A DNA stretch of 36,782 nt from a virus (lineage: Duplodnaviria > Caudoviricetes), in IMG/VR virus record IMGVR_UViG_3300020045_021065, positions 1-36,782 of that record; one strand, 5' to 3'. Of this stretch, positions 1 to 9,749 are shown piece by piece. The translations under genes were made by a program, and so were the position numbers. Below the pieces are notes generated by a model. The model saw only the letters and a program-made list of their open reading frames with translations, made no database searches and was not told the DNA's origin. Each line of letters starts with the position of its first letter. Position 1 is the stretch's first letter.

Positions 1-32
1 GGTTAAGAAATTAAGGCGCAGGATGAATTTGG

Positions 33-320
33 ATGTGGACTGAACTCAAGGGTCTTGAAAAGGCCGGAGTCATTCTTATGCTTATTGCGGCCATTGTGGA
101 TATTGTGCAGTTTAGCTGGATACTTAAGAGTGCTCTTAAATCCACTAAAAACAGGTTGTATAATAGAATACGCAAAGAAATACTTTTAGAACATTATCAA
201 AGGGGAGAGAGTGGAACACTCAAGATTCAAACGGAAGCGAGAAGTGTCTTTGGCCATCATGAAGAGATTAGGGATACCGACCCAGGGAGAGAAACTTTTA
301 GAGCTGAAAAAAAAGATTGA
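33..320 (+). CDS. Hypothetical protein with N-terminal hydrophobic helix
   Basis: ORF with TM-like stretch GVILMLIAAIVDIVQF; 3' half overlaps the 211..366 ORF, so uncertain. Confidence 0.35.
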   Translation: MWTELKGLEKAGVILMLIAAIVDIVQFSWILKSALKSTKNRLYNRIRKEILLEHYQRGESGTLKIQTEARSVFGHHEEIRDTDPGRETFRAEKKD

Positions 321-366
321 GGAAAAAGAGGCCCTACTCAAAAAGCTTCCAAAAGAGGCCAAGTGA
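211..366 (+). CDS. Small basic/coiled-coil hypothetical protein (51 aa, not in ORF track)
   Basis: GGGGAGAG RBS then GTG; reads (M)EHSRFKRKREVSLAIMKRLGIPTQGEKLLELKKKIEEKEALLKKLPKEAK; its TGA overlaps the next gene's GTG (GTGA). Confidence 0.55.
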   Translation: MEHSRFKRKREVSLAIMKRLGIPTQGEKLLELKKKIEEKEALLKKLPKEAK

Positions 367-863
367 TATTTGAGGAGTTTAAAGCACCTCTCCCAGCAAA
401 ACGTTCTCCACCAAAAAAACCTGAACTAAAGAAGGTGTTTGAGCGTCCACCAATGGCCTCTGAGCTTATGGGTGAAACGTTTGCTCAGGAGTTCGATGCG
501 CTGTCAGGATGGCAGCGGCAGTTCATTAAAAAATTAGTGGCAACCGGGTCTTGGGAAAAAGCGGCCACAGAGATTAGTGTCCCCCAGATGAACCAAAGTT
601 CTGCCCCTGTCACGGCAAAGGTTGCACTAGAGGCAGTAGGTATCACCGCCCTCGATCTCGCCACTCGGCTAAAGGAATGTCTTGAGGCCATGTCCCCTAT
701 TCGTTGCCGTAGAACCGGGGAGATTCTCGATGAGGTCCCAAATCATCTAGTGCGATTAAGGGCCTTAGAACTATCCTACGGAATCATTAGAGCGGCAGAA
801 GCTCGGCCTCCTCTAGATGTTGATAAAGAATCCACTCTGATGGAACTCTTCTCAAATGAATGA
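363..863 (+). CDS. Putative terminase small subunit
   Basis: Immediately upstream of TerL; helical N-region LSGWQRQFIKKLVATGSWEKAA resembles TerS HTH; typical size. Confidence 0.6.
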   Translation: MIFEEFKAPLPAKRSPPKKPELKKVFERPPMASELMGETFAQEFDALSGWQRQFIKKLVATGSWEKAATEISVPQMNQSSAPVTAKVALEAVGITALDLATRLKECLEAMSPIRCRRTGEILDEVPNHLVRLRALELSYGIIRAAEARPPLDVDKESTLMELFSNE

Positions 864-920
864 AGGAACTTCTATTCGTATGAATGAGGAGACTCTATTC
901 GCATGAATGAGGAACTTCTT
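856..920 (+). repeat. Three imperfect tandem 23-24 nt repeats (ATGAATGA(A)GGA...) spanning the terS-terL junction
   Basis: 856 atgaatgaaggaacttctattcgt / 880 atgaatgaggagactctattcgc / 903 atgaatgaggaacttctt; the third copy is the terL start. Confidence 0.85.
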
Positions 921-2357
921 AAACTAAAACATCGTGCTCTAACTGATCACTATTTCTTCTCTAAAAAGATTTGCGGGTTTAATAAGATTCGTCCTAACCC
1001 TCACCAAGAGATGAGTGATTTTCTGGCAAAGTCTTCTAAGAAGAAAAAGTTGATACTCAGCCCGAGAGGCAGTTTTAAATCTTCCCACATAACTATCGCC
1101 TATTCCATTCAGCGAATTGTTCAAAACCCCAATATTAGGATTCTGATTTCGTCTGAGACCCAAGTAAACGCCTGTCGCTACGTAAGGGAGATTAGAGGGC
1201 ACTTCGAATCCAACCCTCGCCTGAGGGCCTTATTCGGAGATCAGGTGAATAAGGGTTCGTGGAAGGCCGAAGAGTTCACTGTCAGGTCTCGCACTCAACA
1301 CCGCAAGGAGGGAACCGTTCAGGCGGGAAGTTTGGATAAATCTGTTAAGGTGGGGACTCACGTAGATCTCTGCATTTTAGATGATGTAGTTTCTATGAGC
1401 AATATTGCAAATGAAGTTCAGATTAATCGCACCATCGATCATTATAAACTTTTGCTTTCAATTCTCGACCCAGGCGGGGAGATTCTCATTATTGGAACTC
1501 GCTGGGCGCATTTTGAACTTTATTCCTGGCTCCTTGACCCAGAAGAACCTGAAAATTCTCAGATTGATTCATTCGTTAGAGAGGCCGAGGATGATGATGG
1601 AAACCTAACCATGCCAGAAGTTCTCTCCCGAGAGTTTCTCGACCAACAGAGGAAAACACAAGGTGAATACATTTACCAATTGCAGTACCTAAATCGTGTC
1701 AACACTGGTTCGTTCTCTACCTTTAAAGAATCCGACTTGCAGTTCTACGTGACTCCCCCTGAAGGCCTCGTCCATTTTCTCACTATTGATCCGGCCGTAG
1801 GCATGAACAGGCGTTCAGACTTTTCTGGTATTATTATGAATGGGGTCGATTATTATAATAACTATTACATTCGTGAGGCCCTTGAACTCAGAATAGAACC
1901 ATCGGATTTAATAAATCTTATCTTTGAGCTTTATGATCAATACCAACCTTTTATGTCTCTTGGTATGGAGAAATTTGCTCTTGAGAAAATGTTAAAACAC
2001 TCTCTCTTGCAAGAGATGAATAAACGTGGAAAATATTTTCCCATCAAGGAACTCGTTACTAATAACAGAGTTTCTAAGAATGTGCGCATTAGGGCCTTAC
2101 AACCACTCTTTGAGCAAAAGAAAATATTTCTCTTGCGAGACCATAAGGCCCTCATCCATCAGATTAGATGTCATCCTTCCCTCAAGCATGATGATGTGCT
2201 CGATGCTCTGAAGTCTCAAATTCAAATAACCTTCCCCAGCGACATAAAACCCAGCACGGAACCCGATAAAAAACCCCTGGGCAAACTAGAAGAGAAGGCA
2301 AAAAAAGAACTAGAAAAATTTACTAGCAGAAAAGTAAGGAACGTTATCAACTATTAG
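903..2357 (+). CDS. terL: Terminase large subunit
   Basis: Walker A-like SPRGSFKSS, Walker B LCILDD, IGTRW motif, RNase H-like nuclease TIDPA...SDFSG...HDDVLDA. Confidence 0.95.
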   Translation: MNEELLKLKHRALTDHYFFSKKICGFNKIRPNPHQEMSDFLAKSSKKKKLILSPRGSFKSSHITIAYSIQRIVQNPNIRILISSETQVNACRYVREIRGHFESNPRLRALFGDQVNKGSWKAEEFTVRSRTQHRKEGTVQAGSLDKSVKVGTHVDLCILDDVVSMSNIANEVQINRTIDHYKLLLSILDPGGEILIIGTRWAHFELYSWLLDPEEPENSQIDSFVREAEDDDGNLTMPEVLSREFLDQQRKTQGEYIYQLQYLNRVNTGSFSTFKESDLQFYVTPPEGLVHFLTIDPAVGMNRRSDFSGIIMNGVDYYNNYYIREALELRIEPSDLINLIFELYDQYQPFMSLGMEKFALEKMLKHSLLQEMNKRGKYFPIKELVTNNRVSKNVRIRALQPLFEQKKIFLLRDHKALIHQIRCHPSLKHDDVLDALKSQIQITFPSDIKPSTEPDKKPLGKLEEKAKKELEKFTSRKVRNVINY

Positions 2358-2365
2358 GAGATCCC

Positions 2366-2545
2366 ATGGACTACATGGTTCAAGTATTCCTGCTCGGCCT
2401 CATTGTGTTTATCGAGATACGCAGTTATTTTGAAAGAAAGAACCTTCTCGACCGAATTATGGCCCGTTCATACGATGAGTATGCCAGTTTAGATTTGGCC
2501 TCAAGAACAGCTAAGATAAAAGTACCAGATAAGTTTTCCCTGTAG
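2366..2545 (+). CDS. Small membrane-anchored phage protein between terL and portal (59 aa, not in ORF track)
   Basis: AGGAG RBS; MDYMVQVFLLGLIVFIEIRSYFERKNLLDRIMARSYDEY...; fills the intergenic gap. Confidence 0.75.
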   Translation: MDYMVQVFLLGLIVFIEIRSYFERKNLLDRIMARSYDEYASLDLASRTAKIKVPDKFSL

Positions 2546-2552
2546 GTGAGTT

Positions 2553-4556
2553 ATGCCATTCTCTATAGACAAGAATTTATCCGCTTTGAAAAAATATCAG
2601 AGTGGTGATCTTCCCAGATCCCCCGAGGATTGGGTTAAGTACGTCAATATTTGTCATGAGGATGGCCTTAGTGCTCGCAAGAAGTGGGAGTTCCAGTGGC
2701 TCTTAAACTTGCTCTATTTTCACGGATACCACGGTATCAGCTATCACATGACTTCGGGGAAATTGTTCGTTGACCCTAACCAGAAAATCGATATCACCAT
2801 TAATCGTGTCGCAGCTTTTGTCGAAGCAAGGCAGGCCAAGCTAACTAAGAACCGGCCTACTGCTAGAACCATGCCATCCACTCCCTCAAGAGAAGATGTT
2901 CAGGCCGCTAAGTATGCCGACCAAGCGTTGAGGTCTCTTTGGGAGACTATTGAGATGGAAGAGGAATATGACTACTACACTCTATTAGGTCTCATCACCG
3001 GAACTTCTTTTATGCGAACGTTATTTGACCCTTTTGCCGGTGACTGGTTTAGCGAGATCGATAGCACTCCTGATAATGAAATCATCATGGATGGAGGGGA
3101 GCCTAGGGAGTCGTTTGTTTATTTAGGGGAGATTTCATCTAGAGCATTAAGCTCTTTTGCCATTATCCCCGCTAACGAATCCATTCCAAGGCTCAATGAC
3201 CAACCTTGGATTATTGAACGGATGTGGCTTCCGGCCACTGAGGTAAAAAAGTATTGGAGTCACATTGATATTGAGGATGTTAATTGCGGAGAAAAAACTG
3301 AATATGAAAAACTAATCGAGAGACTAACTTCACCTCAAGGGACAGGCGTTGGTATCACTAAATCCAAAACCAAAGGCAAGCTCACTGAAGAGTACTTGGT
3401 TAAGATCATGTATATGAGGCCTAACGTGGAATATCCTAGGGGCGTTATTTGCGCAGTTTTAGGTGATAACCTTTGTCACCTAAGTCAGTATCCCCACGAT
3501 ACCGGCAAGAGTGCCTATCCTTTCGCAATCTTTCGAGAGAAAATTGATGGAATGCATTTTTGGGGTCATGCCACTGTTCAGCGTCTTATCCCCATTCAAA
3601 AAAATATTAACAAACTCAAGAACAAAAAACTGCGCCAAGTTTATCTAATGGCCGTAGGGAAATGGGCCTTGGCCAGAGGCAGTCAAGTCCCCGACTCAGC
3701 TATTACTGATGAGGATGCCGAGGTTTTAGAGTGGAACTCGGCCGTACCTGCTCCCTATCAGATCCCCATGGCCCCGCTACCTATGTACGCCCAAGCGATG
3801 GATAACGAACTCATTGGCGATTTCAGGGACGTAGGTGGACAGCGAGAGTTCAGTCAGTCCCCAGGCCAAAACTTAACAGCTTCGGTAGCGATGGAAACAG
3901 AGGCAGAATTAACTGATGAAGCATTAGGGGTGGTGGTCAGACGCTTGAGATCATCCATGGAGATTACGGCCCAGCAACAACTCATCATTATGAAGGAAGA
4001 ATATATAGAGCCCAGAAAAATTAAACTACTCGGGGATGACGCTAGTGGCAGTATCGTTTGGCTAAGTGCAGCGGATTTTAAAAATTCTTTTGACGTTCGG
4101 ATCGATATCGAGTCTATGATGCCAGATATGCGAGGGGCCAAAAGGCAGCTACTTTTTAACCTTTGGGACAGACGTATCATTCAAGACCCCCAGCAATTCT
4201 TGGTAGCACTCAGGAACAATTCCTTAGACTCTCTTATGGATAGCTATGCCAAGATGGACGAATACGCTCAGCTTGAAATTTTGAGAATTAAAAGGGGTGA
4301 TGACCCTTCAGATGACATTACAGAGTTCAGTCCAGATCACATGACTTCTTTCAGGATTCTGTCTGAGTGGATTAAGACACCTGAATTCTTGAAACTGATC
4401 CCTGCCAGGAAAGAGCTTGCCTTGAGCATCCTGCAAAAGCACATGAGCTTTTTAGTCAAGTCTCTACCCAACCAAGGGGAACCGCTCAAAGAAACTAATC
4501 AAGCAGCGGTGGGGACTCCTAGCGGTTCACAAAAGCCAGTAGGTGCAGGACTATAG
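2553..4556 (+). CDS. Portal protein (large, P22-like)
   Basis: 667 aa after terL; INRV...L.KNRP...P...ED...A and FWG....RLIPIQK.IN patterns typical of P22-type portals. Confidence 0.88.
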   Translation: MPFSIDKNLSALKKYQSGDLPRSPEDWVKYVNICHEDGLSARKKWEFQWLLNLLYFHGYHGISYHMTSGKLFVDPNQKIDITINRVAAFVEARQAKLTKNRPTARTMPSTPSREDVQAAKYADQALRSLWETIEMEEEYDYYTLLGLITGTSFMRTLFDPFAGDWFSEIDSTPDNEIIMDGGEPRESFVYLGEISSRALSSFAIIPANESIPRLNDQPWIIERMWLPATEVKKYWSHIDIEDVNCGEKTEYEKLIERLTSPQGTGVGITKSKTKGKLTEEYLVKIMYMRPNVEYPRGVICAVLGDNLCHLSQYPHDTGKSAYPFAIFREKIDGMHFWGHATVQRLIPIQKNINKLKNKKLRQVYLMAVGKWALARGSQVPDSAITDEDAEVLEWNSAVPAPYQIPMAPLPMYAQAMDNELIGDFRDVGGQREFSQSPGQNLTASVAMETEAELTDEALGVVVRRLRSSMEITAQQQLIIMKEEYIEPRKIKLLGDDASGSIVWLSAADFKNSFDVRIDIESMMPDMRGAKRQLLFNLWDRRIIQDPQQFLVALRNNSLDSLMDSYAKMDEYAQLEILRIKRGDDPSDDITEFSPDHMTSFRILSEWIKTPEFLKLIPARKELALSILQKHMSFLVKSLPNQGEPLKETNQAAVGTPSGSQKPVGAGL

Positions 4557-4557
4557 C

Positions 4558-4586
4558 TTGCATTACTTGGCAATATGCAGAATAAT
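4558..4586 (+). promoter_or_regulatory. Sigma70-like promoter for scaffold/capsid genes
   Basis: TTGCAT-17 nt-AATAAT directly after the portal stop. Confidence 0.5.
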
Positions 4587-4630
4587 TTCATCAATAAGAA
4601 CTTTCGAAACTATTGAGAGTCTTTAATTTA

Positions 4631-4700
4631 AAAAATCCTCACTCGTCCCGTGTGAGCGACGTTAAATCACGTAAAACCATTATTATCAAAAAGGATTTTT
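4631..4700 (+). promoter_or_regulatory. Structured 5' UTR of scaffold gene (RBS-sequestering stem)
   Basis: AAAAATCCT (4631-4639) is a perfect complement of AGGATTTTT (4692-4700, the RBS); internal CTCAC/GTGAG hairpin. Confidence 0.5.
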
Positions 4701-5417
4701 ATGCCCGCTGGTATTATGCCTAAATCTGCGCCTGAAACTAAAATCGTTCCTACTCCTAAAGCTGAGACCTCGGTTCCTACAAAAGAAGTGGTTAAAGAGG
4801 TTAAAGCAAAAGAACCAGAGCTAGATCAGACAGATCTAGATCAGTTAGAAGAGGGAAAGAAAGTTCCCTATAACAGGTTTAAGGAAGTGAACGATGAAAG
4901 AAAAAATCTTTCCTCTCAAATAGATGAACTAAAAAATAAATATGAGAGTGAAATGCAAACTCAGGCAAGGATGTACGAGGCAAAGCTAAAGGCAAGCGAA
5001 GAACCCTATGAGACTGTAGACGAAGTAGATGAAGTCTCGTCACTGAAAAAAGAGATCGACTCTTTAAAAACTCAGATAAATCACGTTGTGGCCCAAACGA
5101 GAGGTCAGATTGAGAGTCAGGAGTTAGAGCGATTGCTCGGTGAGTTCCCTGATGCAGATAAAAATGCAGTATTGGGATGGAGAAGGGTTATGCCTAAAGC
5201 AACGCTGAGGGAACTTGTTGAGCACTCTCATAATGAATTAACCGAGAGGGTGAATAGCAAGATCAAAGCGATTTTAGAAGAGAAGAAAAAACGCATTACT
5301 CAGCAAAAGATCCCAGTGGCAAGAGGAACTTCCATCAAAATTAATTCGACCGAAAGGCCGAAAAATATAAGTGATGCCGGGAGACTGGCAAGACAATTTT
5401 TAGCAGAACAACAGTGA
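4701..5417 (+). CDS. Capsid scaffolding protein
   Basis: Between portal and capsid; charged coiled-coil; VPYNRFKEVNDERK motif typical of phage scaffolds. Confidence 0.85.
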   Translation: MPAGIMPKSAPETKIVPTPKAETSVPTKEVVKEVKAKEPELDQTDLDQLEEGKKVPYNRFKEVNDERKNLSSQIDELKNKYESEMQTQARMYEAKLKASEEPYETVDEVDEVSSLKKEIDSLKTQINHVVAQTRGQIESQELERLLGEFPDADKNAVLGWRRVMPKATLRELVEHSHNELTERVNSKIKAILEEKKKRITQQKIPVARGTSIKINSTERPKNISDAGRLARQFLAEQQ

Positions 5418-5427
5418 GGATTTTAAT

Positions 5428-6690
5428 ATGGCCTTAGATCTAAGTGCTTTCGATGCGGCCCTTAAGGAATTTTACGAAGAGGGTGCTCGAACATTACTCA
5501 ATAACGAAATTATCGGATTTAAAGAACTAGAGGAAACTCAAAAACCTTGGTCGGGCAGGCGAGTGGTCTCCCTATTTAAAACAGGACGCTCAAACGCTGT
5601 AGGGGCCAGAGCTGAAAACGGCACTTTGCCGACCCACAGTAACCAAGCTTGGGCCAACTGCATAGTCAGTGCCACCTATCAATATGGCGTCATCAGATTG
5701 TCTGGGCCTGTAATTAAAAGTGGCGACGGCAACGCTTTTATCAATGCGGTCTCTTCTGAGATGGCAGGAATGGTCGATGACTTAAAGAACGATTTAAGCC
5801 GCCAATTCCACGGATACGGTGACGGTCGTATTGCCCAAGTGGCCGCGGCCGTTGCCAGTGCTAGTAACGTGACTCTCTATAATAGGTTTGCCGAACCTGG
5901 ACAACCTGGGGCCCGATTTTTGTATCGTGGAATGTCACTTGATTTTGGAACTATCGCATCCCCGACTGCCCTAGCATCAAGTCAGGTAGTTTCGACTATT
6001 GCTATTTCAGCTAACCCTGCGACTACTACTGACTCTGTCACTGTAACCGCTTCCACCATCAACGCTTCTCAGTGCGAGACTTTCGTCTTCAACCGAGGGG
6101 CCGGAGGTCAAGGTCTAGAGCTGATGGGGTTGCAAGGATTGCTCGATGAGTATACCCAAAGTAATATTTTTTCGAGTAACGCTTTCCAATCGGCCACAGT
6201 TCAGAACATTTCCCGTGCCACTGTCACTAACTGGAACGCCTCAGTTTTAGAAAACTCAGGGGTTGCTAGAGTGATCGACTCCCATTTGATGGAAACTGCC
6301 TTCGACCGTATCTCTACTGAATCGGGTCTCGAAGCGGATACTATTTGGGGACACCACGGATCGGTTAGGGCCTTCCTAGAGTCGGTCGCATCCGATAGAC
6401 GTTACACCTCTGCGGACTTCGATGCAGGCCGCAAAAAACTTTCTTATAACGGGATTGATTTGATCCGTGACAGGCACGGGGCCTATAATGCTCTTTTGAT
6501 TTTAAAGAAGAGTGTGATCAAAACTTACACTCTTTCGGATTTTGCTTGGGCAGATGCAGACGGTGCCATCCTTTCCAGAGTTTCTAGTGTAGACGCTTGG
6601 GAAGCATTTCTCGCGTGTTATAAAAACATCGGGATTGACGATAACCCCCGTGGCGCATGTTGGATTAGAGATATTTTAGTAGACTTCTAA
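5428..6690 (+). CDS. Major capsid protein with Ser/Thr/Ala-rich central insertion
   Basis: 420 aa after scaffold; AALKEFY start, GARAENGTLP, DL.RQ.HG.GDG, WADADGAIL features of HK97-fold MCPs; GAGGA RBS. Confidence 0.9.
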   Translation: MALDLSAFDAALKEFYEEGARTLLNNEIIGFKELEETQKPWSGRRVVSLFKTGRSNAVGARAENGTLPTHSNQAWANCIVSATYQYGVIRLSGPVIKSGDGNAFINAVSSEMAGMVDDLKNDLSRQFHGYGDGRIAQVAAAVASASNVTLYNRFAEPGQPGARFLYRGMSLDFGTIASPTALASSQVVSTIAISANPATTTDSVTVTASTINASQCETFVFNRGAGGQGLELMGLQGLLDEYTQSNIFSSNAFQSATVQNISRATVTNWNASVLENSGVARVIDSHLMETAFDRISTESGLEADTIWGHHGSVRAFLESVASDRRYTSADFDAGRKKLSYNGIDLIRDRHGAYNALLILKKSVIKTYTLSDFAWADADGAILSRVSSVDAWEAFLACYKNIGIDDNPRGACWIRDILVDF

Positions 6691-6701
6691 GGGAGGGAGC
6701 G

Positions 6702-7103
6702 ATGATACGAATTAAGAACATAGATTTCAACGCTTCGGGTATGAGGAGAGCGACCTCAACTTTCCTGGGTGACTTAACAGTTACCCGGGAAGTCCCCATC
6801 TTCGCTGCCCCTATGGACGTGAGAGTCCACTCCATTGATTTCTACGCTAAGAGCGGGCACACCTTTAACGACTCTCAGACTTATACTATTAGGGCCAGAA
6901 TCCTTGGTGCATCAAATAACACGCTTGGTTCCTATACGGTAGCGGTCTCGGCCAACGATCGAAATAGAATCACGCCCTCCTCCAACAACAGCTTAACCGC
7001 TGGGGCGGTGATTGAGTTCTCTGTTTCGGCCACATGCCAAGTCCTGTCTCAGGTTTTGGTTAATGTGATCTATTCACCTATAAAGCACAAGGCGACTAGA
7101 TAG
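6702..7103 (+). CDS. Putative capsid decoration/minor structural protein
   Basis: Directly after MCP; beta-rich, S/T-rich. Confidence 0.55.
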   Translation: MIRIKNIDFNASGMRRATSTFLGDLTVTREVPIFAAPMDVRVHSIDFYAKSGHTFNDSQTYTIRARILGASNNTLGSYTVAVSANDRNRITPSSNNSLTAGAVIEFSVSATCQVLSQVLVNVIYSPIKHKATR

Positions 7104-7116
7104 GAGTATAAGGGTC

Positions 7117-7632
7117 ATGATGACACCTGATAGAACAATAGTTCAGAGGGTTCAAAATTATGACCCTTATCTTTTTATCGTTTGGAATAATCGCAAGAGT
7201 TATTTTGAACTTTGGCGAAAGAAGGTAGTAGGTAGAGTGCTTGTCACTCCGATAACGCAGAAGACTTACGATACCGATCGGCCTAATACTTTTTGCGAAC
7301 TGGATAACCGCATCCTATGGTGGCTTTACTTAGCAGACTCCTGGAAACATGGCGGCCCTAGGCAGTCTATTCTTGAAATGGATAAACGCTGGATGGATTT
7401 CCAGATAAAGCAAAAAAAAGATCTCGACTCTACTTGCAGAGATTTTGCCAAAGATGCTTATAGGGCCACAAGGAATTTTTACACTAACAAATTAAGTAAT
7501 AAGAAAAAACGCTATAACCCGGGAGATAAGGTCAGACAAAACTGGGTACGGCCTGACATTCAGTCGAGAACTCCAAGACTCATGTCTAGGTCTAGAGCTA
7601 ATGCCCTGGCGTATGACTATAAACGGAAATGA
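7117..7632 (+). CDS. Hypothetical phage protein in head-tail region
   Basis: 171 aa ORF with AGGAG RBS, overlaps next start (ATGA). Confidence 0.7.
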   Translation: MMTPDRTIVQRVQNYDPYLFIVWNNRKSYFELWRKKVVGRVLVTPITQKTYDTDRPNTFCELDNRILWWLYLADSWKHGGPRQSILEMDKRWMDFQIKQKKDLDSTCRDFAKDAYRATRNFYTNKLSNKKKRYNPGDKVRQNWVRPDIQSRTPRLMSRSRANALAYDYKRK

Positions 7633-8303
7633 CACTAATTGAAGTTATAGATAGAGCGAGAGCACTTCTCAACGCTCCTTTGGACGCTACCAGAACGTTC
7701 CCGGACAATAGCTCTGGGCACTGGCAAGACACCACTTTGGCCAACTACTTCAATTTAATTCAAGATGAAATGCAAGATGAGATCGTATCTCTAGATGAAG
7801 GTTATTTTGTCACCTCAACGTTTGTCTCGATCGTCAACGGAACCGCTGAATATTTGCTCCCATCAGGAACCATAAAAGTAATCCGGTTGGAAGACGCTAG
7901 ATCTAACCCCCCAACTGAAATTGAACCTATCAGTATCAATTCAAGAGATCAGTATCCCTTGATCGCCACTGCCTCAGCGGTGAGAGGTGGAGGTTACTAT
8001 CTAAGAGGGAACTACCTTGTGTTGGATGCCACCCCCAACTTTACTAATGCCAGTGCCGTTCAGCTTTACTTCGTTAGAAAACTCACTGACATAACCGCTG
8101 CCACGGGTGTAAGCGATTTGCCTCCACACCTGCATGGAGTAATAGTCTGGGGAGTAGTTCACCTTGCACATTTCTCCCGTGAGTCAGATGATAGTACGGC
8201 AGAGAAAATGTATGAGAAGGGAAAAAATAGAATGAAAAAGACGTTAGAACAAAGACAGACACAAAAATCTAGAACAGTTAAGCGCACAGGGGTGAATGTA
8301 TGA
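7629..8303 (+). CDS. Head-to-tail adaptor protein
   Basis: MTL.E.IDRAR.LL start, VNGTAEY.LP, DLP..LH..IVWG pattern of podovirus adaptors; position. Confidence 0.75.
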   Translation: MTLIEVIDRARALLNAPLDATRTFPDNSSGHWQDTTLANYFNLIQDEMQDEIVSLDEGYFVTSTFVSIVNGTAEYLLPSGTIKVIRLEDARSNPPTEIEPISINSRDQYPLIATASAVRGGGYYLRGNYLVLDATPNFTNASAVQLYFVRKLTDITAATGVSDLPPHLHGVIVWGVVHLAHFSRESDDSTAEKMYEKGKNRMKKTLEQRQTQKSRTVKRTGVNV

Positions 8304-8677
8304 GTTATCGAACATTAATCGTTCCCGGTGAGGCAGTGGTCACCACTAACGCAGTCTTAACTAAAGTGATTAACGTAGAGATGTTCGATTATTTCTCGGT
8401 GCAGTTTCAAAACGATCACTCTCTCATCACATTTTTAAACATCACTTGCGAGGCCGCACTAAACAGCACTGGTAGTCCTGCTTCCTTGGCCCCCAACTTT
8501 GTGGCCTTAAACACTGTAACTTTGCCCGTGCCCAGTGCCCTTGCCAATTCGGCAGGTGTAATAACCTCAGCGGTCAAAAACTGTTTTAAATATTTAAGAT
8601 TTCTTGGCCATGCTTGCCAGACTATGAGCTTTGGCAAATTTAAGGTGACGGTAGCAGGTCATCATAGGTTACCGTAA
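8300..8677 (+). CDS. Small virion structural protein
   Basis: Beta-sandwich-like with FKYLRF C-terminal motif; coupled to neighbours. Confidence 0.6.
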   Translation: MSYRTLIVPGEAVVTTNAVLTKVINVEMFDYFSVQFQNDHSLITFLNITCEAALNSTGSPASLAPNFVALNTVTLPVPSALANSAGVITSAVKNCFKYLRFLGHACQTMSFGKFKVTVAGHHRLP

Positions 8678-8898
8678 TGGCGGTCATCACTAGAGCGTAT
8701 TCAGAAATTTCAGATGAAATCGCTTATGCCTCTAGCGTGAACCGGGTTATTGACGATATATACACCCTTCAGAACGGGAATATCAACTCAGCTAACCTGG
8801 CAGCGTCCGGGGTTAAAGATGGCAATATCGGAGATGCACAAATTCTCCTTAGCCATATATCGTATGAGGCCTACATAGGCATAGCGGAGGTTTTTTAA
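8677..8898 (+). CDS. Short tail-fibre/anchor-like structural protein
   Basis: NGNINSANLA fibre-like segment; TAATG coupling on both sides. Confidence 0.55.
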   Translation: MAVITRAYSEISDEIAYASSVNRVIDDIYTLQNGNINSANLAASGVKDGNIGDAQILLSHISYEAYIGIAEVF

Positions 8899-9263
8899 TG
8901 GCACTGGCAGTAGTCATCCGCCCACTCTCTTCGTCCTCTGACGGCCTCCCTATCGCTGTCTCTGGTACCACCGGAGCGGTTAATCTCCACACCGGCCCAA
9001 CGGCCACTAACGTTTTCGACCGTGTTTTTATTTATGCAGGGAATACCCTAACGTTATCAGTCTTTATGACTATCGAATGGGGGGCCTCTACTACCCTGTT
9101 CAGAGAAGAAATACCGGCCAGAGCGATTGCCTATCCAGTCTTAACCGGACAGCTCCTTCTAGGCCGCAGCGGTTCTGTAACTGCTACTATCCTTAAGGCC
9201 TTTAGCACTCACTCGGCCACGCTGCGAATTACAGGGTATGTCGATCGAGTAACGGAGACGTAG
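8898..9263 (+). CDS. Conserved small phage structural protein
   Basis: LS.SSDG..I.V...LHT...D.VFIYA.N...TIEWG...ITGYVDR pattern recalled from environmental phage tail regions. Confidence 0.65.
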   Translation: MALAVVIRPLSSSSDGLPIAVSGTTGAVNLHTGPTATNVFDRVFIYAGNTLTLSVFMTIEWGASTTLFREEIPARAIAYPVLTGQLLLGRSGSVTATILKAFSTHSATLRITGYVDRVTET

Positions 9264-9740
9264 ATGAACCTTGGGGCCAGAATAGCGTATCTAGAAAAAT
9301 TGATTCGGGGCAAAGATATTGTCGCCATTTATCGTTCGAATACTGCGCAAACTATGACGGGTGGGTCAGCTACAAACGTTGTTATAACCGAAGACAAAGT
9401 GGTTGACGATGCCGGCATTTACAACTCTTCTACCGGGGTTATGACTGCCCCAAAATCTGGTAGATATTTTATTTTTACTTTACAGACTTTTAATAACGAT
9501 GCTTGGGTTACAACCAATAGTATAAACCTTACAATCCGCAAGAATGGTGCGGGCTTTTATGTTTTTATTACTCCTATCTTAGTTACTGCAACATTTTACC
9601 AAATTGTGTCTATCTCAGGGGTGCTCGACATGATTCGAGGTGACACCATGGATATTACCATAGATCATAACCGTTCAGCGGGGAACACTTCACTGGTCGG
9701 TAGCACGAACTACCAATACCTTTGTATTTTTAAAATCTAA
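9264..9740 (+). CDS. C1q/TNF-like receptor-binding fibre head protein
   Basis: D.AGIYNSSTG.MTAPKSGRY and L.M..GD..DI motifs of C1q-like domains; short N-terminal coiled coil. Confidence 0.7.
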   Translation: MNLGARIAYLEKLIRGKDIVAIYRSNTAQTMTGGSATNVVITEDKVVDDAGIYNSSTGVMTAPKSGRYFIFTLQTFNNDAWVTTNSINLTIRKNGAGFYVFITPILVTATFYQIVSISGVLDMIRGDTMDITIDHNRSAGNTSLVGSTNYQYLCIFKI

Positions 9741-9749
9741 GAGGAAAAG

